Below, in pieces: positions 36,352-47,805 of a DNA stretch of 64,000 nt (the first letter of the stretch is position 1; each line of letters begins with the position of its first letter). Source of the DNA: Octopus bimaculoides (Eukaryota); contig NC_068998.1 in NCBI RefSeq assembly GCF_001194135.2, positions 26,868,048 through 26,932,047 on the forward strand. The letters run 5' to 3'. The notes under the pieces are model-generated. The model saw only the letters and a program-made list of their open reading frames with translations, did no database searches and was not told the origin of the DNA. A program made the translations under genes and the position numbers.

Positions 36352-36540
36352 CACGTACGCATACAGACACACACACACACATATATCATATATATATACA
36401 ACAGGCTTCTATCTACCAAATCTACTTCGGTCGGCCCGGGGTTGTAGTAGAAGGCAATTGCCCAAGGTGCCTCACAGTGGTAGTGAATCCGGAACCATGT
36501 GGCTGGAAGGAAAATTTCTTACCACACAACCACGCCTGCC
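36062..36540 (-). mobile_element. Apparently full-length bipartite tRNA-SINE: head (36540-36398), internal (TA)n/(TG)n, tail (36250-36062)
   Basis: Minus strand ggcaggcgtggttgtgtggtaagaaa...ggttccggattcactacc...gaagcctgttgta, then microsatellite, then cttgacaagcaa...gaaacaagtaaaaga. Confidence 0.8.
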
Positions 36541-37144
36541 CTATGATATACAGATATTTCGAACCGTAAACTCTTACATATACCGAAATAGAAATTATAA
36601 ATATAGAACTGTAAAAATTATAACNNNNNNNNNNNNNNNNNNNNNNNNNNNNNNNNNNNNNNNNNNNNNNNNNNNNNNNNNNNNNNNNNNNNNNNNNNNN
36701 NNNNNNNNNNNNNNNNNNNNNNNNNNNNNNNNNNNNNNNNNNNNNNNNNNNNNNNNNNNNNNNNNNNNNNNNNNNNNNNNNNNNNNNNNNNNNNNNNNNN
36801 NNNNNNNNNNNNNNNNNNNNNNNNNNNNNNNNNNNNNNNNNNNNNNNNNNNNNNNNNNNNNNNNNNNNNNNNNNNNNNNNNNNNNNNNNNNNNNNNNNNN
36901 NNNNNNNNNNNNNNNNNNNNNNNNNNNNNNNNNNNNNNNNNNNNNNNNNNNNNNNNNNNNNNNNNNNNNNNNNNNNNNNNNNNNNNNNNNNNNNNNNNNN
37001 NNNNNNNNNNNNNNNNNNNNNNNNNNNNNNNNNNNNNNNNNNNNNNNNNNNNNNNNNNNNNNNNNNNNNNNNNNNNNNATATATATATATATATATACGT
37101 GTGGACGCGTCTGTGTGTGTGTGCATGCGTGAGTGTGTGCCTTT

Positions 37145-37350
37145 CTGTTTGTTTGTCCCCTATCTCTGCTTGGTAACCGTTACTAGTGTATTTACGTCCT
37201 TTAGTCTAGCGTTTCGACAAAAGACACCGATAGAATAAATACCAGGCTTTAAAAAACTAAGAACTGTGGTCGACTAAAAATTCTCCAAGGTGGTGACCCA
37301 GCGTGGCCGCAGTTTAATTACTGAAACAAGTAAAAGATAAAATAAAGGGT
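37145..37350 (+). mobile_element. Bipartite SINE tail
   Basis: tttgtcccc...tttacgtcc...gacaccgatagaataaataccaggc...ggccgcagtttaattactgaaacaagtaaaagataaa, preceded by (TG)-rich sequence. Confidence 0.75.
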
Positions 37351-37873
37351 ATAGTTTATATGTCATAGAATTTTAAAGATATTATAAACTTTTAATCCAA
37401 ATAACAGTTATTTACAATATCTTTCAGTGTTAAAGTCTGTTTAGAAAAAAAAAACTATTTTGGCAACATGCTACAAGTGAATAACTTGAAATCTTCCATC
37501 TATAGTATTTTGTTCTAGTATGTCTTTGACCAATTGAAATGGTTATAGCCTGAAGATTTACCATTAACTGTATTAATGGATCTCAAATTTGTCTTCTTTT
37601 TTATCGAAACTGAGTTATTGTTGATTAAGTCTCTTAGTTCTTTATCAATACGTGTAAATGTCTGCACGCATACTTAAAAATATATTAGTATAGCTCAGAA
37701 TTCTATACATATTTATATGTGTGTATGTATATATGCATATATGTAAATATGTATGTATGTATGTATGCAAATATGTATGTATGTAAGTATGTATGTATGT
37801 ATACATGTTTGTCATGAAGTGTATTTCATTACATATATATGAAGATATATATATATGCATACATATATACATC

Positions 37874-37906
<33 letters not shown>

Positions 37907-40350
37907 NNNNNNNNNNNNNNNNNNNNNNNNNNNNNNNNNNNNNNNNNNNNNNNNNNNNNNNNNNNNNNNNNNNNNNNNNNNNNNNNNNNNNNNNNNNNNN
38001 NNNNNNNNNNNNNNNNNNNNNNNNNNNNNNNNNNNNNNNNNNNNNNNNNNNNNNNNNNNNNNNNNNNNNNNNNNNNNNNNNNNNNNNNNNNNNNNNNNNN
38101 NNNNNNNNNNNNNNNNNNNNNNNNNNNNNNNNNNNNNNNNNNNNNNNNNNNNNNNNNNNNNNNNNNNNNNNNNNNNNNNNNNNNNNNNNNNNNNNNNNNN
38201 NNNNNNNNNNNNNTGTGTATTTGTACATATATTTTAGTATATATGTCAGGACAAATATAAAAATATTAAAAAAAAGGAATAAAGAAATAATGTTGAAAAA
38301 GTGTTACTTTTTATAAGTCACAACTTTCAGAAAACATTCGTTGCAGCAAAATCTAATTATTATTTGGTCATAAAGAATATTCTAGATTTTTTTCTTGACT
38401 ATTAGCAGGAGCTAAAATTTATGTTTTCTTTGTTATTTATCATAACTTTCCGCGAACAGTTATTGAAAGTCCCAACGCTACAACAGAATTCATAGTTCTG
38501 AAATGGTCATTTATGACTTGAATTGTTCCAATAAGACTTCCGTCACCATAAATTAACAATGTTTTGTTAAAGTACCGTTGAAAAACTCTTTACATCGTGG
38601 TTATATGAGCGATAACACTACAATCAATGACTCTTCAATGCCTTCCCCAGATCTCTCAGGGAAATTGAACTCAGTGCTCCAAGCTAATGGAGCACTTATT
38701 GAGATTACAGAGCCATCACAGTTTTGGCCAACGACATTTTTTCTAACATGTGGCATCTATTTTATAACTAAATGAACCGGGTTATATGTTTAATGGTCAA
38801 TGGCATAGTTCAAGAACCGATGGTAGGAAACTAACAGTTGATCTCCGAACTGATTATCTATTACCCTGTCCATTTCGCCAACTCCGCTCTCAGAACTCCC
38901 TCTCTACACAATCCATCTTTACGGTATCTATGACAACATCGACATACAAAATGTTGGCAGTATTGACCTGTTTTGGCAGAACTGTTTTGGTTACGTCTTA
39001 GGATGGAATCGATATGAGGTGATTTTTAAGGCTAGATTTTTAGATTTTTAAGGTTAGATGTGAGAATATAATTCCTCTGTCGTTTTGAGACAGATGAAGA
39101 TCATCTTCCTTTGGAAATGGAATAACTGAAGACTTTGAGAAGGCTGCTACATGTTATTTAGCTTCCTTCTAGAAAGATGAACTAAGTCACTAGTGTAAAT
39201 ATTCTTGTCTTTAATTTTCATTTTCTGAAAATTTTATACACAAACTGACATATACACGCATAAATTATGTACCTTCATGTACGTCTGTTTTCAGAATTTG
39301 TGTGCTTTCTTACTTTAAAATATAACAGAAATGTGTGGAGAATATCGTGTGCATATATATATATATATAAATCTTTAGTTAAATATATTCAATGAGAATA
39401 TTATATACTAAACTTATATTGAGTGCTATATTGTATCAAAGTTACTGAAGACCAACGAAAGAAGAAAATATGGATTAAAGTCTTATACTAAAGTGTACTT
39501 ACCAAAATGCAAAGCAGTAACTTTTAATTTTTAATATTTGATTTATATTTCAAACAAACACCTTTTATAATATTACTTCATATCTTTAATAAAAAAAATA
39601 CCATTCGATAAATTATACATATTCTAAATTTTATATCTCTGAAGAGCAGAACAGTTGTCTATAAATGCTTATCAATATAGGATTCCATTATTAAGACAGC
39701 GCTCTTGTGAAACGATCGTAAGATAATTTAAAACCTAATTCAAAATTTTTAAACTGACATATTTAATATTATTATATTATATATTTATACTTATACATAT
39801 TTACATNNNNNNNNNNNNNNNNNNNNNNNNNNNNNNNNNNNNNNNNNNNNNNNNNNNNNNNNNNNNNNNNNNNNNNNNNNNNNNNNNNNNNNNNNNNNNN
39901 NNNNNNNNNNNNNNNNNNNNNNNNNNNNNNNNNNNNNNNNNNNNNNNNNNNNNNNNNNNNNNNNNNNNNNNNNNNNNNNNNNNNNNNNNNNNNNNNNNNN
40001 NNNNNNNNNNNNNNNNNNNNNNNNNNNNNNNNNNNNNNNNNNNNNNNNNNNNNNNNNNNNNNNNNNNNNNNNNNNNNNNNNNNNNNNNNNNNNNNNNNNN
40101 NNNNNNNNNNNNNNNNNNNNNNNNNNNNNNNNNNNNNNNNNNNNNNNNNNNNNNNNNNNNNNNNNNNNNNNNNNNNNNNNNNNNNNNNNNNNNNNNNNNN
40201 NNNNNNNNNNNNNNNNNNNNNNNNNNNNNNNNNNNNNNNNNNNNNNNNNNNNNNNNNNNNNNNNNNNNNNNNNNNNNNNNNNNNNNNNNNNNNNNNNNNN
40301 NNNNNNNNNNNNNNNNNNNNNNNNNNNNNNNNNNNNNNNNNNNNNNNNNT

Positions 40351-40780
40351 AAGTCTTTTTCCAGTGAAGTTATTCACTGATATCGAAAAAGTGAAAACAA
40401 GCAATGTTAAATCTCTGAACGAGGTGTTCTCCTGGGGCTAAAAGCAACAGTAACATCCACCCTTAGGGGTCAGCCACATTTAAATGGCAAATATACTTCA
40501 CTTTATCGTGCAGTTACTGTTAACACCTCGTTCAGAGATTTAACATTGCTTGTTTTCACTTTTTGGATATCAGTGAATAACTTCACTGGAAAAAGACTTA
40601 TATACTGCCAAGGGATTGTCATTCTCATCGAAGGTCGGTGATTATCGTACGCTGAAGAAGGGAAATAACCCTAAAACTCGGGCCCGTACGTATCGCAGAT
40701 CAAGATGGGAGGGATACCTTCCCTTGGCAAAAATAGACAGGACACAGGTGTTACTTTTAACACCTCGTTCAGAGATTTAC
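40351..40780 (+). mobile_element. pLTR-like non-coding element: 78-bp near-perfect inverted repeat (40351-40428 / 40522-40599), degenerate HHR and a 21-bp terminal redundancy (40759-40779)
   Basis: The arms differ at one position. aacacctcgttcagagattta recurs at 40522 and 40759. The left arm abuts an N-gap. Confidence 0.65.
40646..40690 (+). ncRNA. Mutated hammerhead relic
   Basis: CGTACG CTGAAGA AGGG-aaataa-CCCT AAAA CTCGG GCC CGTACG. Perfect 6-bp stem I and 4-bp stem II. Three transitions (AAAA for GAAA; ACTCGGGC for palindromic ACTCGAGT) would restore a canonical GUC ribozyme. Confidence 0.55.
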
Positions 40781-41269
40781 CATATATATATATATACATA
40801 CATACCTATTTAGATACATATTCCTTTATAGACCTCGTTACAAATGTTTGTGTATTCTTCCAGATGTTGGCTAGGATGTCATCTCGAGCTGGTGTCTTGC
40901 TGTTTCTTAACCTTTTTAGGCGAATTTCTAATGTCTTCTATGGTTAATGGGTCGATCTGGATCAACAGTCTATCTACTCCTTTGTAATTGAAGAAAGGAT
41001 CGCCATTAAATTTGGTATTAAAGTACAATGACAATGAATTAGTTCCAACTTGATGTGCTAAGCGAATAAGAAACGATCTGTTTGCCTGTATGGGGTGACA
41101 GACCAAATTAAGTATACATTCCCCAAAAGCCTACTAATTATTCCTGAAATTTAGATGACGTGAGGCACATGCACTCGAAGAGATATGGAGTGCACGGACA
41201 TATTAAGAATTTTTGGAAGTGTTCACTGCCTGGCCGAATGAAAAAGAAATTCTTCAGGGCAATAATAGA

Positions 41270-41620
41270 ATCAGTCCTTCTTTACCATTCACCAGCATGG
41301 ACTCTGATATAAAGGAAAACAAAATTGATGGGACCTACATATGTATACTGTGTGCTGTCCTCGACAACTCATGGAAGCAACATTCAACCAAACAAAGATA
41401 TGCTGATCACTGATATCGAAGCAAAGACGAATTAGGGAGTGAGCTGCATCTACAGATCCCCAGCCATGAGAATTCTCATGTCGGATGAACCGGAATGACG
41501 TACATTGGTCAACTCTCTCGTGATGTCGAGTTACAAATAGAAGACCTCAAAAGACAGGAACACATAGAGAAAAGTGTGGTTTTGGTCCGGGCAACCCGCC
41601 CGAAACGATAGATAGAGGTG
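41270..41620 (+). pseudogene. RTE-like LINE 3' fragment
   Basis: ENKIDGTYICILCAVLDNSWKQHSTKQRY resembles the RTE consensus LDG.YTRMLRA.LN.SWKQHPT; downstream TYIGQLSRD...IEDLK is also RTE-like. Confidence 0.6.
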
Positions 41621-41997
41621 AAGATTCGTGTGTGCTACTCACGATACACAAATAAATTTCAGCGGTAAATTTTACCTCACAATTTTGGTATCGCTGAAGG
41701 AATACTCTATCCACATCGCTATTCAGCCTCTGGTAACCTCGAATTATTATATTGTATATCATGATTATATGAACAATAGTGTTGACGGTTACAGCTCAAA
41801 ATAGTGGGAAGTTACTGTATTTCCTACAGTGGAAGTGACAATAAGTGCCTGTGTGGTTTAAACATAATCAGTAGTAGATACAAGTTTTGTAGCTTTTCGC
41901 TCTAAATGTGTACATCTTTCAATGATTCAGATTGATGAAATACACACTCAATCACACACACATACGTAGATATGTATGCAACAAGCATACATACGGA

Positions 41998-42044
<47 letters not shown>

Positions 42045-42045
<1 letters not shown>

Positions 42046-42180
42046 ACGGGATTCTGCACCATTTCCGTCTAACACATTTCACTCACAAGATATTGATCAG
42101 TGCCCAAGATAATGCTGCGCTTGATATCGAACAGTGAACCACAGGGGTGTTAAGCGAAGTTCTTAATCTACGTAGCTATG
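42045..42180 (-). mobile_element. Old, diverged SINE head next to (CA)n
   Basis: gacggg...tttccgtcta..atttcactcacaag...tgcccaag resembles the heads at 4323 and 30940. Confidence 0.45.
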
Positions 42181-42717
42181 TCGACTCCGCTTCACATCCG
42201 TTCTATTTCACGCGGCTGATTAACAAACTTAGAAGTATTGGATTGTTCTATAAGTGATAAAAACATTGAAAAATATATGAGACAGCATCATAAAATTAAT
42301 TATGATGAGTGCATATGATTTTCAAGGGATACAGCTACAAGTTTTTTAGCTTCCTTCTTGAAAGATGAACTAAGTCACTAGTGTAAATATTCTTGTTTTT
42401 TGATTTTCATTTTCTGATAGCAGAATGTTATGCTACTAACTTGAGCGAATTTGCAATTTTCTTTGCATATATATCTATGTACTTTTATAGACACTGGCCC
42501 TATACATATACATACAAATACAAACACACACAAATATTGATATATACATATATACAAACATACATACAGGCATACACATGCAAGAAAATGTAGAGGAAGT
42601 TTTATACACAAAGAGACATATTCACGCATAAATTATGTATCTTCACGTATGTCTGTTTTCAGAATTTGTATGCTTTCTTACTGTAAGATATAACAGAAAT
42701 ATGTGGAGAATATCGTG

Positions 42718-42759
<42 letters not shown>

Positions 42760-45109
42760 CACAGATATATATGTTATATACATACATACATACATATTTA
42801 TATACATACATACATATATCTAGAGAGAGACTTAGTGAATGAGAGAAACAGAGTGAGTGAGAGTGAGAGAGAGGGTACTTTGTATGACAATAGATTAGGT
42901 TGTTGTTTTTTTTTTCCTTTTTGTATTAGAGATATTTGATACTTTAACAATAGATATAGTCACGCACAGAAATATAAAACAGCATAAAATCGGTGGTGAG
43001 TTCCGTTCCTCTGAGTTATTTCTAAAGAACATTATTCGCTTGTATGTAATTTATAGTTCCATTCCAAACTGACGACTACATTTGAACTGCCTCTTACTGA
43101 GCATATTCGATTATCTAAAATATTGTAACCAGATAGTCAACCTACTTACTGATAAGCTGTAATTAACGGTTGTATTTATATGAAACTATGTTTCAGAAAA
43201 GTGTTGATCTTTTTTATTCTATAAATATATATATAATGTGTGTATATATGAATATATATATATTATAGCATATGTATGTATATATATATAATATATAATA
43301 TCATGTGTGTGTATGTATGTATGTATGTATGCATGTATGTATGCATGTATGTATGTATGTATGCATGTATGTTTCTTGACTTTAATGTAATTGCGAGCAT
43401 AGAAATTACAAAAGAACAGCAACCAGGTGTTGAATCTCCTAATTAAAGTCTTGAGGCACAATCTCTTTATCAAACAAGAGCCCCCATTTCATCTGGTCCC
43501 ACATTTTACATTTTGAAATTACGTTGCATTTGAAATTTATTTTAATCCCAACATTGTTGTCTTAGATCAGCTTACTACTGCGATTTTTGATTAATCAATT
43601 TTAATTTTCACTCTGAATTTTTTACTGATTGCACCACTTTTATTCCCTCACAATACTGATCATGCGATTATTACCAAAAGCTCTGAAAATATCTTTAGAT
43701 TCAATCATTTCCAAATACAGTTGGCGTTCTTCGAAATGTAAATGAAAAGCTTGATAAAGTACTGTCTTATATAGTGGAATGGATTTGATTCAAACTCGAT
43801 AACGACAATTCGAATAAATATTTTGTTGCATAAGATAAATTCCTGCAACGAAGAATATATACTCGAGTAAAATTACTTGATAGTGTATGTATGTGTACAC
43901 GAGAGACATAGAAAGAGAGGGAGAGAGAGAGAGAAAGAAAGAAAGTATTGTGTGTTACCTTTATGTAAGTTAATACATAGTAGTCATGTCTTGCATTTTT
44001 ACTTGTATAACTGGAAATGTTTCGTATGACCTCCAAGTATTGAAGTATCAGTCAGGTGAGCGGAAAACGAGAATAGATGAGAAGGTATTAAGTCCACTTG
44101 ATTACACGTCTACAGTATCCTCCATTACATGCACTATTTTTGTGTGTAACTTTCTGATCGACACTTGAGATATTCCACTGTGTACAATCTTTCGAAAATC
44201 TCGCCTAAACCGAAAAGTAAGAAAGCAACTCAGTTCAAAACGCACGCAAAATCACACAAACACTAAATATGCATAAACATATCCACATATGAACATATAC
44301 ACTCAAGGTATATTTTTATCTTCTCGTCTATTGATACAATGTTAAATATCTATGAGACAGAGACAGTGATTCCTTAGACGATAGCTGAACTGAATTCTAT
44401 GACAATCGGGAAAACGTCAGTACACTTTGTGGTAGATTTATAGTTTAGGAAACGGTAATAAAGTTTAGTGCGTTTAATGGAGAGAGGTTAAACTAACAAG
44501 TGGATAAGGTAATAAACTACAAGCATCGCCATCGGGAATTTAATTATACTAAACATTTTTTGCTTCGCTCATCAGTAAGGCTTTTTTTATTCTATAAGAG
44601 CTCAGTTTACCTATAAATCGAATATGTTCCGAGTTTTTCTGAGAACTTCACTTACCTGCGGCAGTGAAGTGTCCAATCCCAGAAAAAGATTTAATATTCA
44701 TTCTCTAAATTAAAAGAATTTCTTCATTGGTAATAGACAGTCGACAGATTGGAATGTTTCAATCATAAATTAATAAAACTGTATCATAGATTGAATACGT
44801 CAGTATACTGTCAAGAGATTCATTTTAATCAAATATAAAATATCTAATAAAGCTCAATTAACACATATATATTTGCTACTAAAATAGTTCTTCCAATGAA
44901 GGATATTAGACATTAATAGAGTTTGTTTACATAATATCTCAAGGCACGGAGTATCATACTGTCAGTCATTTCCAAAATTAGTGCCTGTACTAGACGTTTA
45001 GTGGCTGAAACTAAGACTGTGTGCTCTGCAGAACGTCCACACAAAATATAACTTACAAACACTTACATACACATACATGCACACACATTTACAGATCTAT
45101 ATGTCTGTA

Positions 45110-45159
<50 letters not shown>

Positions 45160-46113
45160 NNNNNNNNNNNNNNNNNNNNNNNNNNNNNNNNNNNNNNNNN
45201 NNNNNNNNNNNNNNNNNNNNNNNNNNNNNNNNNNNNNNNNNNNNNNNNNNNNNNNNNNNNNNNNNNNNNNNNNNNNNNNNNNNNNNNNNNNNNNNNNNNN
45301 NNNNNNNNNNNNNNNNNNNNNNNNNNNNNNNNNNNNNNNNNNNNNNNNNNNNNNNNNNNNNNNNNNNNNNNNNNNNNNNNNNNNNNNNNNNNNNNNNNNN
45401 NNNNNNNNNNNNNNNNNNNNNNNNNNNNNNNNNNNNNNNNNNNNNNNNNNNNNNNNNNNNNNNNNNNNNNNNNNNNNNNNNNNNNNNNNNNNNNNNNNNN
45501 NNNNNNNNNNNNNNNNNNNNNNNNNNNNNNNNNNNNNNNNNNNNNNNNNNNNNNNNNNNNNNNNNNNNNNNNNNNNNNNNNNNNNNNNNNNNNNNNNNNN
45601 NNNNNNNNNNNNNNNNNNNNNNNNNNNNNNNNNNNNNNNNNNNNNNNNNNNNNNNNNNNNNNNNNNNNNNNNNNNNNNNNNNNNNNNNNNNNNNNNNNNN
45701 NNNNNNNNNNNNNNNNNNNNNNNNNNNNNNNNNNNNNNNNNNNNNNNNNNNNNNNNNNNNNNNNNNNNNNNNNNNNNNNNNNNNNNNNNNNNNNNNNNNN
45801 NNNNNNNNNNNNNNNNNNNNNNNNNNNNNNNNNNNNNNNNNNNNNNNNNNNNNNNNNNNNNNNNNNNNNNNNNNNNNNNNNNNNNNNNNNNNNNNNNNNN
45901 NNNNNNNNNNNNNNNNNNNNNNNNNNNNNNNNNNNNNNNNNNNNNNNNNNNNNNNNNNNNNNNNNNNGCTGACATATTGTCCAGTGTAAATACTGGCCAA
46001 CTCTGTCATGTCTTGTTTTATATTCTACAGGTGCTAAGACTCTACACCCTGAGATTAGGTGGTCTATAGTTTCAATCGCATCGTTACAAAATCGGCATTT
46101 TGGGTCAGCTCCA

Positions 46114-46117
<4 letters not shown>

Positions 46118-46178
<61 letters not shown>

Positions 46179-47805
46179 TAGTTTTATTTTTATAGCGTGC
46201 TTTCACTTCACTACCGAGCACAGCTCTGTGTGCCTTGGGTATGTGCTGTGATTTGCTGTGATGCTCTCATGGTTACTGTATTGAAAGTGTTTTGCGTAGG
46301 GTGTGTGCAGTGCCCAGTAGTGAAATCTTTTGTATGTTACATATATTTGTAAGTCCTGGTGTTTTTGTTATGTATTTATCTGAATACTTTTTTTATCATA
46401 CCTTATGCGCCCACTATGATAGGAATTTGTTTCTGTCTTAGATTCCACATTCGAGTTACCTCTATTTCGAGGTCTTTGTATTTTGAAAGTTTCTCCATTT
46501 CTTTTAGAGAAACGTTGTCATCTGCTGGTATTGATACATCAATTAGAAAGCATTTTTTTTCTTCATGATCTCTGACAACTATATCTGGCCTATTGGCCTT
46601 AATTTCTCTATCTGTATGTATTGGCATATCCCATAGTATGGTTTCTTTCTTGTTTTCTGTGACCTTTTCTGGCGTGTGCCTATACCATCTTTTTTCAGTT
46701 GTTATTCCATAGTGATGGCATAGCTTCCAGTGTATTTAGGTCCCATCAATGTCGTTTCTGTAAATATATTCCATCTTAGCCAGGATTAGGCAGCCAGAGA
46801 TAATATGATTTATTGTTTCTTGTCCATCTCCACATATTATGCAGTTACTTGTTATGTTTCTTTTCATTATATAGTTTTGGTAATTTCTGGTGAGGAGGCT
46901 TTGATCTCGTGCAGCAATTAAAAATCCTTCAGTCTCTGCTTTGAGTCCTGAGCTTTTCAACCATTGCTGGGATTTTTCTCTGTCTATTTCTTTTGCATTT
47001 AGTTTAGCCCAGTATTTACCATGTAGGGGCTTTTCTTGCCATCGTTTTATCATGATCCGTTGCTATTCTAGTTTTAGTTTGGATTTCATTTGTTTTATAN
47101 NNNNNNNNNNNNNNNNNNNNNNNNNNNNNNNNNNNNNNNNNNNNNNNNNNNNNNNNNNNNNNNNNNNNNNNNNNNNNNNNNNNNNNNNNNNNNNNNNNNN
47201 NNNNNNNNNNNNNNNNNNNNNNNNNNNNNNNNNNNNNNNNNNNNNNNNNNNNNNNNNNNNNNNNNNNNNNNNNNNNNNNNNNNNNNNNNNNNNNNNNNNN
47301 NNNNNNNNNNNNNNNNNNNNNNNNNNNNNNNNNNNNNNNNNNNNNNNNNNNNNNNNNNNNNNNNNNNNNNNNNNNNNNNNNNNNNNNNNNNNNNNNNNNN
47401 NNNNNNNNNNNNNNNNTTGGGTGGTGCATCCTAGATTCTGTCATTATTTTTCTTGTTTTCCTGTCTATTAGTTCATTTAGTGTCCAGTTAAGGATATTGT
47501 AGCCGTAACTTATAACTGGGACGACTAGAGTGCTGATACCTATTATCCTGTTTTTAGCATTGAGCTCTGTTTTCAGTATTGATCTAACTCGTCTATAGCA
47601 TTCTTTCTTTGTTTTCTCTTTCATTTGTGCGTGTTGTATTGTATCTAGTTCATTGATTCCTAATATTTGTATGTCTGGCTTTGGTCTAATTCTCTTATTT
47701 CATTGGCTTTATCTAGTGTGATGTTGCTACTGTTAACTAGTTTTCCTCTTTTCAGGGTTGCTTTGGCACATTTTTCTAAGACAAATTTTCATATTTATTT
47801 CTTTG
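46118..47805 (-). mobile_element. 3' part of an R4/Dong-like non-LTR retrotransposon with (TAA)n tail
   Basis: MKF.LEKCAKATLKRGKL, TYKY, KPLHGKY, ETEGFLIAARDQSL, CIICGDGQETINHIISGC (CCHC), RPDIVVRD...IDVSIP...KLSKYKDL (PD-(D/E)xK restriction-like endonuclease), stop at 46273, and (TAA)~19 at 46118-46175. The gap at 47100-47416 falls inside the ORF. Confidence 0.9.

Larger units (their letters stand above)
39146..42719 (+). repeat. Dispersed duplication: 39146-39351 matches 42334-42719, whose copy has a ~180-bp extra segment
   Basis: Shared blocks ttagcttccttct.gaaagatgaactaagtcactagtgtaaatattcttgt and cacgcataaattatgta...tctgttttcagaatttgt...ggagaatatcgtg. Confidence 0.85.

Noticed and set aside
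44530-44585. CTGATGA on the minus strand followed by GC-gaa-GC-AAAA
   Set aside because: No GAAA, cleavage triplet or stem I partner; too short to distinguish from chance.
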